Origin: a virus
IMG/VR virus record: IMGVR_UViG_3300034013_000240
Coordinates: 3,414-67,413 of that record
Strand: one strand, 5' to 3'
DNA: 64,000 nucleotides
Shown: positions 48,201 to 57,603 of the stretch, in pieces
Position numbering within the stretch: position 1 is the first letter of the stretch
Layout: each line of letters begins with the position of its first letter
Made by a program: the position numbers and the translations under genes
The notes under the pieces: model-generated
Databases searched by the model: none
What the model was told of the DNA's origin: nothing
Seen by the model: the letters and a program-made list of their open reading frames with translations, nothing else

Positions 48201-51200
48201 CTTTCAATACCAGAAGGATACACGTCAATAAAAGAGATTCAGAATGGATTTGAATTAGATGCTTGGAAAAAACAGAAAACTAAACCTACAGAAACTACTA
48301 TCAATGAAAAAGAAAATGAAGTAGAGAGATTGAGAGATGAGGAGCAAAAAGAATACGAAAGTGTTGACCTAAATGATAAAGTTAAACTTGGTGAAATATA
48401 TAGTAGATACGATAAATTAATATCGCCATTATTAAAAGAAATAGAAGCCTCTAAAGCAAAGGAAGAAACTTCTGTAGAATTACCTGAAAAAACCACAGAG
48501 GAAAAAATAGCGGAACTAGAGACTGAACTTGAGACAATAAAAGACGATAACGACCCAAGAATTACCGAAATAGATAAAGAGATAAGTGATTTAGAGGAAG
48601 TTAAAAACATAGAGGCAAATAAGCCTGAAACTGTAGTTGCTAAAGAAGAACCACTTACCACTCCTGAAGGTATTGATATTGCAACTGAGAAGTCTAATGA
48701 AATAGAATCAACAGAAGCTATCGAATCAACTTCTACTGAAGAGAATATTAATGATTCAAAAGAAGATGTGAAAGAAAGAAAACCTAAGCAAACAGTAGAG
48801 GGTTTAAAAGAAGAAAATATTGATTTAAAAAACCAATTAACCGACTTATTCAAAGGAGCTGTAGATGCTTTAAAAATAACTGAGAGAAGTTTTAAGGACA
48901 AAATAAGAGATGTTAATAATGCTGTGTCAAAAGCTACAGAATTATTTAATGCAGAGCTTAAAAACAAGAAACTAACTCCAGCTCAACATAGAAATATATT
49001 GAACAAATTATCTAAGCTATCTAAAAGTAGCAACAGTAAAACATTAGAGAGTAATTTGAATGACGTTGTTAATTCTATAGAAAAAGCTTCTTATAAGGCT
49101 AATAAAGTAGAGTTATTATCTGGAATTAATAGATCCATTAAAAAAGCCATAAGCAACCTGTCTAATACTAGGCTAGGTGGTAATAGTGGTAATATAGAGA
49201 TATTTAAAAAATTACTATCTATAGACCCTAAAAACATTAGCGACAGATATGTTCAAGAATACAAAGATGTTGTTGATTTACTTGCTGACCCTTTAAAAAT
49301 AAAGCAATCAGGTATTTCGCTATTAGATATTGAGAGAAGAGCTAGAGAGGTATTGTATGAATATGGTTTTGATAAGACAAATCTTGAGAACGCTTCTAGC
49401 AAGTACTCTGATTACATACATGAGAATGATTTAGAAATGACTAGCGAAGGTTTTGAAGAAGTTATTGGTAAAATGAAGACTAAAGACTTGCTGTCTGAAG
49501 AAGAATACCAATCTTTATTAGATAATAAGTCAAAAATAATTCCTAGAAAATCCACAGAAAGAACATCAAAAGAACCATATACCTCTGAAGAAAGAACTGA
49601 GATAAAGAAATCAGTTAAGAGCAGTATTAAAGAATACAAGGACGGAGCTGTAAAGGATGTTGATTTTATAAACAACGAAGAAAAAGAGGTTGTTGATTCT
49701 GTATTTAACGCAATGGACAGAATAGGAGATGAGTTCATGGATTCGTTATCAGATAAAGACTTAGCTAGAGTAGAAAACACTATAGCTCTTTTGAATCAAG
49801 GAATTGTTCAAGGCGACTTAAATTTCTTCGTTAATAATAAGATAAAATCTTACGAGAAGTCTCAGAAGGTAAAACCAAAAATAAAAGAGATAGATACTAA
49901 ATGGAGGTCTTTAATCATAATCCCAAAAATTAAAAAGACACTATTTGATGTTGTTGATTTTTTAAAGACAGATTACAGAAAAGATAAAAACCTATCAAAA
50001 ATAGAGCAAGCTGATAGGGTTTTACAAACGGCTGTTGATAAAGCTTTTGGTATTACTGGAGATGTACTTTATAATAATTTACTAGCAGAACAAGCTTCAA
50101 ACGCGGGTAAGGACCAAAACTATAGGCTCGCAATGAAGAATAAGTATGTTAACCCAATAATTAAATTCTTAGACAAGACGTATAGAGGAGATAAAATCAA
50201 ACAAGTAGAGTCGATGATGAGAATAGATATGTTTGCTTACCAAAGAATGTTTGAGAATGGTAGTCCTGGAGAAAACCATAGAAAAATATCAGATATAGTT
50301 AAATCAATAAAGAGCAAGAGTAATAATCTATACTCTAAAAAAGAGGTTGATTTTATAACGAAAGAATTAGAGAAGTTTGCAGAACTTGATTTTGATAGCG
50401 ATAGATACTACGAAACATTAACTGACGCAGAGAAAACTATAATTAGAAAGATGGATGAATTTTATGAGTCAGATATTACAAATAAAGCTGTAGCAACCAG
50501 TAAGTTTGGTTCTGGAAAAACATTAAATCTAGCAAAATTTTATAGACCAGTATCTATGGTTTTTGATGGTGAAACTCAGGTTAGTTTAGAGGAGGTTATT
50601 AAGAATAGTAATGATGAGTTCTTTAAGCCTAGTTTTAAAGCTGGGAACTTGGAGAAGAAAGAGGGAGGTCTTGAAACAGAGGGTATGATTATTAACATAA
50701 AAGACCCATTATTTGCTATGGAGAAATACATAGACGATATTTCATTAAGATACCATAATTTAGATTCAGTAAGAGTTGTAAATGATGCTTTAAAGACCAT
50801 AAGAGAAAGTTCCGACATAAAAGGAGATTCAAAGTCTGAGAGAATTGTAAAGTATTTTCAAGATATTGTAAATAAAGATGTTGAGAATTTAGTTGCTGGA
50901 AGTGTTGGTGCGCAAATATTCTCTGGTAATTCAGAAGTTGCTATTGCTTCCAATAAGATACTTAGTAACGCTTCTGTTAATAAATTGATAGGTATCTCAA
51001 AAGTAGTATCTGAGTCTTATTCAAATATAGTTAGAACATCAGCTAGTTTATCAACTTACGTTAAAGGAATTGGCGTATATACTGAACTAATTAAAGGTAA
51101 TTTAGATATAGATAAGATTTTCTATAACATTGGTTTTTCACAAACCGGTAGAACATTTGGAGATATTTTTGATTTTAAAATAAAAAAAGATAGTGCTAAC

Positions 51201-52724
51201 GTAGATGTTCCTAAAGATTCTGGAAACAAAGCTCCAAATAGAATACCTTCTGAGATTGTCAATGAAATATATAAAATGTTAAACAAGACTGGTATAGAGG
51301 ATGCTAAGTTGTTATCTGAGGAGATAGCTAAAGCTATGATTGAAACTCCAGACAAGACTATCGCAAAACCACTTTCGTTAGGTATATTTGATAGAGTGTT
51401 TGAGAAGTTAACTGGAGAAGAGCCAGAATACAGAAAGATAGAGAATGGTGATGTTGATTATTTAGACAAACATAAGGAAAATATTAAAGAAGCCGTATTC
51501 TCTGCTAATAAAACAGTAGCTATGATGATTGGTAGTAAAAATCCATTTGAAATGGTTTCTAATAATATGGTTAATATTAAAGACCCTACATATAAAAAAC
51601 TTTATACTCAATTTAATTCGTTCTTTACAAATCACTCAAAATCACAAGCTACAGCTAATTATGTAGAGATACAAAAACTTTTTAGAACGAACGAGTATGA
51701 GACTGCGGCAGATAAACTTCAGGCTTATAAAACAATAGCATCTGTTATAGCTTCTCAGTATGCTTATAAGTCAGCAATGAGGGCTCTTCAAGGATATGTT
51801 GGGACTGCTGCTGCTAGAGCATTAGGGTACACTATATTTGAAGACGAGGAAGATAAGGAAGGTATTTTTGCTAGAGAGTTGACAGGATCTGTTTTAGATG
51901 TGATGAACGCCTCTTCAGGAAATATAAGTAAAATACCTTCTAATATGGCTATTGGTTATTTAGATACAAAGTACGGTAGAGATATTGGATTAAGACAAGG
52001 GTTAAGAGGTTATGGAACTTCAGTAGGTTTTGGGTACGACCCTAAGAAATCTATAGATGATAACGTTAAAAACTCTTTGTTATCCGCTTCTGGTAGTTAT
52101 GGTGTGGCTAATAAAGATATTAACTCTTTAGTTGATAGTTTTATGGATGGAGATGTTGCTAATATTTTACTAAAAGGAGCTTCTTTAGCTTCTCCGATAC
52201 CGTTATTGAAAGATGTAAACTCAGCTAAATCTTACATAAAGTATAACACAATACCTAGTATTGAAGACCAAAGAGAAATATATAAGAGTGGTAGCTCTAA
52301 AGATATTAAAGAGTTAGAAAACAGTATATCGAATTATGTAAATACAATTGTTTACAATAAATACCTTAAAGCATACAAAGAGCGTGGAAGATTTAACTCA
52401 AGTGAAATGTCTAGTATAAGAAAAGAGTTAGTGGATAATATACACGTATTAACAAAAGGAGATTATGACAAACTATTGAATGATGCTGGTGAAAAAGCAT
52501 TAATTAGAATAAAAGTAAGAACTGGGAAAGTAAGTAAAGATGCTGAATCTTATTTACAGATGAAAGACTCGGAAATAAAATCAGATTTAGTCATTAGATA
52601 TAGAGATGCTAATGATGAAGAAAAGAAAAAATTAGTTAAGGTTATGAATGAGCTAGCCGACTTGAATAAAATAAGTCAAAGCATAGTAAATGAAATAAAA
52701 AGGATTGAGATAAAATCTAAGTAA
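45258..52724 (+). CDS. giant internal virion (cargo/ejection) protein
   Basis: 2488 aa, largely helical, last gene of the structural arm; N-terminal DEFGIP repeat x2. Confidence 0.7.
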   Translation: MEELDEFGIPIKKIGVDEFGIPLKKKDVSQQVGPKTAKVSTTSVGKKSLLDTVGQKRDAASVSSNGKSKIPEGKLSKLKGEFDESVRNKPKTIKQKIQGEEMGLLTKPKSSIGVTKVQDQNRFVATKKKEEEHDFNFFGVDSLKKMDETGKIKYANDEVEYDVDKNKFYFFLNENLGNAKMKKRNDYINNFELQEIEDEYNELKNGGGFWDKTKKVIESGIVNMFDEAYSDKSSYEEAIAKSKDLFYDERQEVVSEAKAKGESLTQAQINARIEKTFKDRRINEILSKKRQDTGRNLTDAEQYALSKDVISNSSKLSEKHKEKSENVNSVYVTTKGLLDEKKSIEDIYNSDPTLITKEQEDRYKDISEKIQLNNAYIKATMLELNDAEKKIKTAQEEVADYTIENSRLNEFFKRVTASGVSFLGSTAEFAGKYGGTGLSIMPGGKNLGEGVKMLSEKVSDKLSGYASDIRTGKDYDGFKIGGLPETKEVNSVGDFVNQITEVVGDNTFLVAGLTATGPTGIGLMAVEMAGDKSREIRNEKQEFNKLSEEAKVKGEKSFDYNGEKYKVGDELYGDFSSYALPLAWGATSVLPMAKQLKYLKGAKSAIQAVERESPELIKKSLMTKVKDGTKDYIGHSLSLAKDLKIMSLSQAALDDIVGKDVDYFKVASDMATIRDSFVLHGMNKAAAMSVSKAAKPYMTTEEVNTIDGNANLIFDLTNRLRDPSIESSDKAIIKSQLDRLVKESDGFIGGVLDRMSEMSDVDYSKVISLAKESSNLRKEASDIQASSFTKTEKAYALEKVKKEYIENEKKLRDLRVNYTKRTDGFYGLSDQEKIKLKERAATELKEKRGDEENFTINDREITIKATEIYDRENNVEENKTTEEDDIVNNNINTGLGIAKSYSSLDSVPEFMRPLANKSSFGEQKIGMFGKKEKIQMYNVTATAEELQVAYDNFYGKKEINKKDNPYYYNTDPERGELELRPLSIPEGYTSIKEIQNGFELDAWKKQKTKPTETTINEKENEVERLRDEEQKEYESVDLNDKVKLGEIYSRYDKLISPLLKEIEASKAKEETSVELPEKTTEEKIAELETELETIKDDNDPRITEIDKEISDLEEVKNIEANKPETVVAKEEPLTTPEGIDIATEKSNEIESTEAIESTSTEENINDSKEDVKERKPKQTVEGLKEENIDLKNQLTDLFKGAVDALKITERSFKDKIRDVNNAVSKATELFNAELKNKKLTPAQHRNILNKLSKLSKSSNSKTLESNLNDVVNSIEKASYKANKVELLSGINRSIKKAISNLSNTRLGGNSGNIEIFKKLLSIDPKNISDRYVQEYKDVVDLLADPLKIKQSGISLLDIERRAREVLYEYGFDKTNLENASSKYSDYIHENDLEMTSEGFEEVIGKMKTKDLLSEEEYQSLLDNKSKIIPRKSTERTSKEPYTSEERTEIKKSVKSSIKEYKDGAVKDVDFINNEEKEVVDSVFNAMDRIGDEFMDSLSDKDLARVENTIALLNQGIVQGDLNFFVNNKIKSYEKSQKVKPKIKEIDTKWRSLIIIPKIKKTLFDVVDFLKTDYRKDKNLSKIEQADRVLQTAVDKAFGITGDVLYNNLLAEQASNAGKDQNYRLAMKNKYVNPIIKFLDKTYRGDKIKQVESMMRIDMFAYQRMFENGSPGENHRKISDIVKSIKSKSNNLYSKKEVDFITKELEKFAELDFDSDRYYETLTDAEKTIIRKMDEFYESDITNKAVATSKFGSGKTLNLAKFYRPVSMVFDGETQVSLEEVIKNSNDEFFKPSFKAGNLEKKEGGLETEGMIINIKDPLFAMEKYIDDISLRYHNLDSVRVVNDALKTIRESSDIKGDSKSERIVKYFQDIVNKDVENLVAGSVGAQIFSGNSEVAIASNKILSNASVNKLIGISKVVSESYSNIVRTSASLSTYVKGIGVYTELIKGNLDIDKIFYNIGFSQTGRTFGDIFDFKIKKDSANVDVPKDSGNKAPNRIPSEIVNEIYKMLNKTGIEDAKLLSEEIAKAMIETPDKTIAKPLSLGIFDRVFEKLTGEEPEYRKIENGDVDYLDKHKENIKEAVFSANKTVAMMIGSKNPFEMVSNNMVNIKDPTYKKLYTQFNSFFTNHSKSQATANYVEIQKLFRTNEYETAADKLQAYKTIASVIASQYAYKSAMRALQGYVGTAAARALGYTIFEDEEDKEGIFARELTGSVLDVMNASSGNISKIPSNMAIGYLDTKYGRDIGLRQGLRGYGTSVGFGYDPKKSIDDNVKNSLLSASGSYGVANKDINSLVDSFMDGDVANILLKGASLASPIPLLKDVNSAKSYIKYNTIPSIEDQREIYKSGSSKDIKELENSISNYVNTIVYNKYLKAYKERGRFNSSEMSSIRKELVDNIHVLTKGDYDKLLNDAGEKALIRIKVRTGKVSKDAESYLQMKDSEIKSDLVIRYRDANDEEKKKLVKVMNELADLNKISQSIVNEIKRIEIKSK

Positions 52725-52727
52725 AGA

Positions 52728-52752
52728 AAAACCCCTCTATATTGAGGGGTTT
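52728..52752. terminator. bidirectional terminator at the convergence of the two arms
   Basis: AAACCCCTC-tatatt-GAGGGGTTT. Confidence 0.75.
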
Positions 52753-53186
52753 AATATTTTAATTACTTCACTTAAAACGAAATCGCATTGACCTTGATTT
52801 CTAGGTGTGAATAATATGTAATCTAAATTGTTATCAGCTATCCATTTCTTAAATAACTTAAATCTCATTTGAAAAACATCTGTAGCTAAACCTTTACACT
52901 CTATAATTATTCTTTGATTTCCATTCTCAATAATAAAGTCTGGTTTGTAAGTTACGGCTAAATGGTTTTTACCTCCCTTATTAGTAAGAGATGTTTTACT
53001 ACTCATAGTTTTTTCGTAAGATGGATTTGGAAAATAAAATTTATCTATGATTGTGAACGATTCTTCTTCATATTTAGCTTTTATACCATAATCATCTAAT
53101 ACTTTAAACATGTACATCTCTAGGCGACTTTGAAAGTTCTTGCCTTTGTAGGTTGTTTTTTTTGCGTTTATTAATTTTCTACCCAT
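52737..53186 (-). CDS. PD-(D/E)XK endonuclease (DUF1064 / T7 endo I-like)
   Basis: 'FQSRLE…YEEESF…YKPDFII…IIECKG'; 12-mer copy at 53047-53058; TACCTTTG 4 nt before the ATG. Confidence 0.8.
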   Translation of the reverse strand: MGRKLINAKKTTYKGKNFQSRLEMYMFKVLDDYGIKAKYEEESFTIIDKFYFPNPSYEKTMSSKTSLTNKGGKNHLAVTYKPDFIIENGNQRIIIECKGLATDVFQMRFKLFKKWIADNNLDYILFTPRNQGQCDFVLSEVIKILNPSI

Positions 53187-53215
53187 AAGGCAAAGGTAAA
53201 CATATTTATTATTAT

Positions 53216-54334
53216 TTAATGAGAATCTCCAATATTATTCTTCTCTCCGTATATTAAATAATCTGGATTAATTACTTTAGCTACTTTTTTACGTTCACCT
53301 GAAATATGTTTAATTACAATTCCTTCATGTGGCACTTTTGTTCCCGGAATGAAATTGTTGAATACAAATCCGTCTTGAATTTCTTGATTCCATAATCCTT
53401 CGTAAAGAACTTCTACATGAGGAAGGTCTAATGCTGCTAGAGTAATAACTTCTGCTACTTCTGTCGCACAATATTCTCCATTTGTTTTAATATCGAATGC
53501 TGCAAATTGAATATCAGTTAAACCATACTCGTAGTTCTTTTGAATACCTGCTCCATAAATTTCTCCGTAAAGAATTAATCCTTCACCCAATTCAGAACCT
53601 TGACGTTTTGCTTCTTGCCAAAGTTTTTCTTTAATACCATACTTATCAGCAACTGTTCTCCAAACATCAGTAGAATAAAATCCTTGAGAATCACTTCCTT
53701 TTTCTACGTTGTGTGAACCATAAATATATTCATAGTCAACTAAAGCATCAGCTATTCTAAAGAATTTTTTTAATTTATCTAAAAACGACAATTTACTTTT
53801 CTTTACAATACCATACCTAGCATTTGTACCGTGAATCTTTCTAGTAATCTGAACTGTATCTTCTTCTGTAAACATTCCCGCTACGTTTTTAAGGTTTGGG
53901 AATTTATAGTAAACATGGAAGTTTGGATTATCTTTATATTTAATTTTTCTTCCTGAAGAAAGTTGGACTTGTCTAACTGGCGGTTCGTATTTTGTAATAC
54001 CTAATTCACTCATTAAATCATCTCCGTCTCTGTGAACAATAGAGCTAAACTTATAAGGAATCAATAAGCATTCAGAGTAAACTCCACGTAGTTTTACCGT
54101 ACGAACTCTTTGTCCTTTACGAAGATAACTAGTTACACCCATTTTATCTGATAATTCTTGAGGAATTACAGCATCAGTAGTAGCTACTATTATCAAATCA
54201 CCATCTTTATATTCTCCTTTTTTAGTGATTGCACTCCATCCACCAACGATTGCTAATTCAATATTATCAGCACCATCAATTGGTTTTATTTCTTTAATTG
54301 TTGCTGTGTAGCAAACTGAATTTTGATTTTCCAT
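53216..54334 (-). CDS. ATP-dependent RNA ligase, DRB0094-like
   Basis: N-terminal OB-like 'I.PI.GADNIELA.V.GW…RVRTVKLRG.YSE'; motif I KIHGTN, YGEIYG, FDI, EGIVIK, AKVINPDYL. Confidence 0.9.
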   Translation of the reverse strand: MENQNSVCYTATIKEIKPIDGADNIELAIVGGWSAITKKGEYKDGDLIIVATTDAVIPQELSDKMGVTSYLRKGQRVRTVKLRGVYSECLLIPYKFSSIVHRDGDDLMSELGITKYEPPVRQVQLSSGRKIKYKDNPNFHVYYKFPNLKNVAGMFTEEDTVQITRKIHGTNARYGIVKKSKLSFLDKLKKFFRIADALVDYEYIYGSHNVEKGSDSQGFYSTDVWRTVADKYGIKEKLWQEAKRQGSELGEGLILYGEIYGAGIQKNYEYGLTDIQFAAFDIKTNGEYCATEVAEVITLAALDLPHVEVLYEGLWNQEIQDGFVFNNFIPGTKVPHEGIVIKHISGERKKVAKVINPDYLIYGEKNNIGDSH

Positions 54335-54337
54335 TTA

Positions 54338-54727
54338 TTATAAAATTTTTACGTTAAACCTTCTCGCCATTTCTTCTATTTTTTCTTTAGGAACATTATG
54401 AATATTCTCTCCACCATGTCTATTTTCTACTACTAATGAGTACGCTCTATATCCATGTTCTTTAGCTAATTCAAAGTAATAATCCATTTCCCAAGTCTGA
54501 GTAAATGTGTTTGATACTACAACTTTAGGCACTTGATTTATCATCCAAATCCTTACAGCATTTTGACACCAAGCATGCGCTTCTTTTAATTTAGACGCAT
54601 CAAATTCATATTCACCAACTAAATCAGTAAAATACATATCAGCTTCAATATGATTCTCTCCTATTGATTTTGCTAATGTTGATTTACCAGCTCCAGGTAA
54701 TCCTCTTAATAAAAACAACTCCTTCAT
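54338..54727 (-). CDS. P-loop kinase (AAA_33 / polynucleotide kinase-like)
   Basis: 'LLRGLPGAGKSTLA…EADMYF…AH.WCQ…VSNTFT…N.HNVP'. Confidence 0.85.
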   Translation of the reverse strand: MKELFLLRGLPGAGKSTLAKSIGENHIEADMYFTDLVGEYEFDASKLKEAHAWCQNAVRIWMINQVPKVVVSNTFTQTWEMDYYFELAKEHGYRAYSLVVENRHGGENIHNVPKEKIEEMARRFNVKIL

Positions 54728-54728
54728 T

Positions 54729-55376
54729 TTAAATTCTTTTTTCGTGGTGGTCTTTTGGTAGAGCTAATTTTTTAATTGGGCGACTATCCATTATCTTAAA
54801 CACTTCATCTAAAGATATAGGCTGTAGTTTGTTTCCATCAACACCAACATCCATCGCTTTACCCTCTGATATTCTTAAATGCAACGGTAAATGAACATGA
54901 CCGTGTAAGTGAATAACGCCTTTACTCATATCGTGCCACGAAGCTATTGGATAGTGCATGCACACAAAACTAAACTTCTCAACATTTTTACCATTTGGTC
55001 TCCTTACGTCTAATCTTAAATATTGATTTACAGATGAAAATAATGCTTGAACACCATCTTTATCTTTTTCAATGTGATGGTCGTGATTACCTAAAACTAA
55101 ATGAATGTTTTTACATATTAATTGATTTCTAAATTCCTCAATCTTATCAAAGCCTCCAAACGACCAGTCTCCCAAGTGAATAAGAATATCATTCTCCATA
55201 ACCACATTGTTTATATTACCTATTAACGATTGATTCATCTCATGAAGAGAATTGAAATCTCTAGCATACCCATTATTTACGGACCATGCTGTAGTTGCTC
55301 TGCAAATATTTGAGTGTGAATAATGTGTATCACTAGTAAAAAACAATCTTTGTCCTTTCTCTAATACTATCTTCAT
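54729..55376 (-). CDS. calcineurin-like metallophosphoesterase
   Basis: SDTH, HLGD, GNHD, HGHVH, DVGVD. Confidence 0.9.
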   Translation of the reverse strand: MKIVLEKGQRLFFTSDTHYSHSNICRATTAWSVNNGYARDFNSLHEMNQSLIGNINNVVMENDILIHLGDWSFGGFDKIEEFRNQLICKNIHLVLGNHDHHIEKDKDGVQALFSSVNQYLRLDVRRPNGKNVEKFSFVCMHYPIASWHDMSKGVIHLHGHVHLPLHLRISEGKAMDVGVDGNKLQPISLDEVFKIMDSRPIKKLALPKDHHEKRI

Positions 55377-55792
55377 GACCTATCTATTAATGTGTCTAAT
55401 GTATTTGTTGGTGGAAAAAACCTATCGCTTTTTAGAATTTTTCCTATAGGTCTTCTAGGGTCATAAATATTATCTCCATTTATAATTGGTTTTCCATTCT
55501 CATCCAGTTTGCTCATATTTGAAGAGTGTATTGCTCTAAAAGCTTCTTCAATTATGTTGTGCATTCCGTGTTGAACAGCTGTACCTAGTATTATGTAAAG
55601 ACAATCTCCAATAGCGTCTAATACCTCAACTATATTCCCAGAGGAATTAGCTTCTTTATATTCATTTATCTCTTCCAATAACAAGTCAACTCTTAGTTCT
55701 TGAGTTTTGGCATCAACTAAAGTTGGTTTTTTATAGTAATCAATACCAAACGCTTCATTAAACTCGATTAAATTATTTATCTGTGTCTTCAT
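55373..55792 (-). CDS. MazG-like/PRA-PH NTP pyrophosphohydrolase
   Basis: 'LLLEEINEY…EVLDAIGD.LY…IHSSNMSKL…GK.LK'. Confidence 0.85.
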   Translation of the reverse strand: MKTQINNLIEFNEAFGIDYYKKPTLVDAKTQELRVDLLLEEINEYKEANSSGNIVEVLDAIGDCLYIILGTAVQHGMHNIIEEAFRAIHSSNMSKLDENGKPIINGDNIYDPRRPIGKILKSDRFFPPTNTLDTLIDRS

Positions 55793-55922
55793 TTTTTTTC
55801 TCTCTTATTTGTTTTTGAACCTCCCTTAATTTGTCAACAATTTTTTCGTCGTTGCTGCCCTTATCCATAAGCCTATCTAGCTTCTTTAATAGATACTCTT
55901 CTTTTTCTTTTAAATTATTCAT
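55773..55922 (-). CDS. small coiled-coil protein (MNNLKEKEEYLLKK…, 49 aa; not in the ORF track)
   Basis: Manual translation; overlaps the start of the MazG-like gene. Confidence 0.55.
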   Translation of the reverse strand: MNNLKEKEEYLLKKLDRLMDKGSNDEKIVDKLREVQKQIREKKNEDTDK

Positions 55923-56264
55923 GTTTATTGAATTTAAAGGCTTGACTAACTCACACTTAGCTTATATCCAAATACTACTGATTTCCAGTAGCGATAAGCA
56001 CCTATTAATAATTACGCTGGACAACCATCAAACCAATCGTCGTCGTCTCTTGACACCAGTACCGTAAGTGCTATGCAAAAACAAACGGTTAAAATTAGTA
56101 AATCCATTTTAATTTAATTTAATTTGTTAATAATTTTTTTAAAGGGTATAAACATTGGAATTACTATAAGCGCCAACCCAATCCATGCGCTTATATGATT
56201 AAATATTGCTGATATTAAAAATAGATATACAATAACAATAAATAAAACCAGTAATAATAATATT

Positions 56265-56579
56265 TTAGAATGGTAGTTCATGTTTTTTCTTTTTTAGTTG
56301 ATGGTTTATAATCATTAAATTACAAGCGGCAGCTTCTATGTGACCATTAGCTCTTCCGTCGTCCTCGTAATCTCCTTTCATTATGTTAATAACATGCCTA
56401 AATAGAGATTGTTTAATTAATTCTATATCTATAGGCTTAGTCCAATTAAAAGGCTCGTATTTACCTTTATTTGAGCTCATTCTTTCAGCTATTTGAGTTA
56501 TAAACTCAAAGTCTAATTCATAACTTAGTTTGCCAACGACTTCTTTGTGTCCATTGACATTTATTTCATTTACATTCAT
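56265..56579 (-). CDS. dATP/dGTP diphosphohydrolase-like (DUF5664-like) protein
   Basis: 'GK..YEL…KYEPFNW.K…SLFRH…H+.AAACN.M'. Confidence 0.7.
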   Translation of the reverse strand: MNVNEINVNGHKEVVGKLSYELDFEFITQIAERMSSNKGKYEPFNWTKPIDIELIKQSLFRHVINIMKGDYEDDGRANGHIEAAACNLMIINHQLKKKKHELPF

Positions 56580-56580
56580 T

Positions 56581-56970
56581 TTATGAAAATTCTTGACTTA
56601 CAGTATTTAAGTAATCTTTACTGAAGCCAGTTAATACTCCTTTATTTATAAAAAGATTTAGCTTTTTATTTTGTATTTTACTTACCATTGACTTATAATT
56701 ATCAATAATTGAGTCACTGAAATGAAATTCAATTATTTTGTCCTCCTTCATTTTTTTCTGACCAAGTATTATGTCAAGATATAAATCAGTAGGTAATCCG
56801 CAATTAGTTATAAAAACATTGTTTGGCTCTAAGTATTTAAAAACCTCGCAAACCATAACGGTTGTTCCGTGAGATATTTGGTCGATTGGTTTTTTAGATA
56901 AATCAATAGATATAACTATGTTTTCTTTTTTATTTTTACTGTTTTCCTCAGCACTAGTGTTGCTTACCAT
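56581..56970 (-). CDS. hypothetical protein
   Basis: 129-aa ORF in the operon. Confidence 0.65.
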   Translation of the reverse strand: MVSNTSAEENSKNKKENIVISIDLSKKPIDQISHGTTVMVCEVFKYLEPNNVFITNCGLPTDLYLDIILGQKKMKEDKIIEFHFSDSIIDNYKSMVSKIQNKKLNLFINKGVLTGFSKDYLNTVSQEFS

Positions 56971-57239
56971 ACTGTTTTGTCTTGTATATCAACAACTAAA
57001 TCAACGAGTTGCCTATCTGATATTGTTACATAATCATCGTCCTTGTGTACGATTAAATCATATACATCAATCTTTAGTAATTCATACCCTTCTTTTTTAT
57101 GGTTACAAACAACATTAACAACTACATTGAAGTCGCACTTCATTCCGTTTTTTAATGGAAAGTTAACTACTTTCTCGTCACAATGTCCAGCTATGCCGTT
57201 CCATTTTAAATTTACGTGTAAATCTTTTTTTAATTTCAT
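56964..57239 (-). CDS. hypothetical protein
   Basis: 91-aa ORF in the operon. Confidence 0.65.
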   Translation of the reverse strand: MKLKKDLHVNLKWNGIAGHCDEKVVNFPLKNGMKCDFNVVVNVVCNHKKEGYELLKIDVYDLIVHKDDDYVTISDRQLVDLVVDIQDKTVW

Positions 57240-57240
57240 G

Positions 57241-57600
57241 TTATTTTTTTTTATTTATTTTTGATTCTACAATTATACAATTATTGTTATTCAAGTACTC
57301 ATTTAATGTTGTGTTTACTCTACTTAAACTCAAATCTAAAGAATGTGCAATATCTATAGATGTATTTGTTTTGTGAGTTAGGAAGAAATCTATTATATGT
57401 ATCTTTTGTTTATTGTATTTAGAGTTTTTGTTGTTATAGGACCTTTTAAAGTTCTCTAATTCAGTAACCTCTTCCTCGTTAAACCAAAACTTTTTACGTA
57501 CTAACGTTCCAACACCTAATCTTCTAGCTCTTGACACAATAACTTGCGGACTTGTTTTAAGCATATTGCTTATAGCTCTAGTATCTACTAACTCTCGCAT
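57241..57600 (-). CDS. HTH DNA-binding protein
   Basis: 'TSIDIAHSLDLSLSRVNTTLNEYL' and an N-terminal HTH-like segment. Confidence 0.65.
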   Translation of the reverse strand: MRELVDTRAISNMLKTSPQVIVSRARRLGVGTLVRKKFWFNEEEVTELENFKRSYNNKNSKYNKQKIHIIDFFLTHKTNTSIDIAHSLDLSLSRVNTTLNEYLNNNNCIIVESKINKKK

Positions 57601-57603
57601 TCT

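Noticed and set aside
48239-48967. 242-aa antisense ORF and the other shadow ORFs (e.g. 44529..45002, 27861..28238, 49412..49780, 58928..59215)
   Set aside because: Ser/Phe/Leu-rich mirror translations of Lys/Glu-rich genes on the opposite strand, with no independent start signals.
50380-50405. DFDSD in the 2488-aa protein, resembling the DFDxD catalytic motif of crAss-like virion RNA polymerases
   Set aside because: The context looks helical and no other double-psi-barrel motifs were recognised. Probably chance, though HHpred or structure prediction would settle it.
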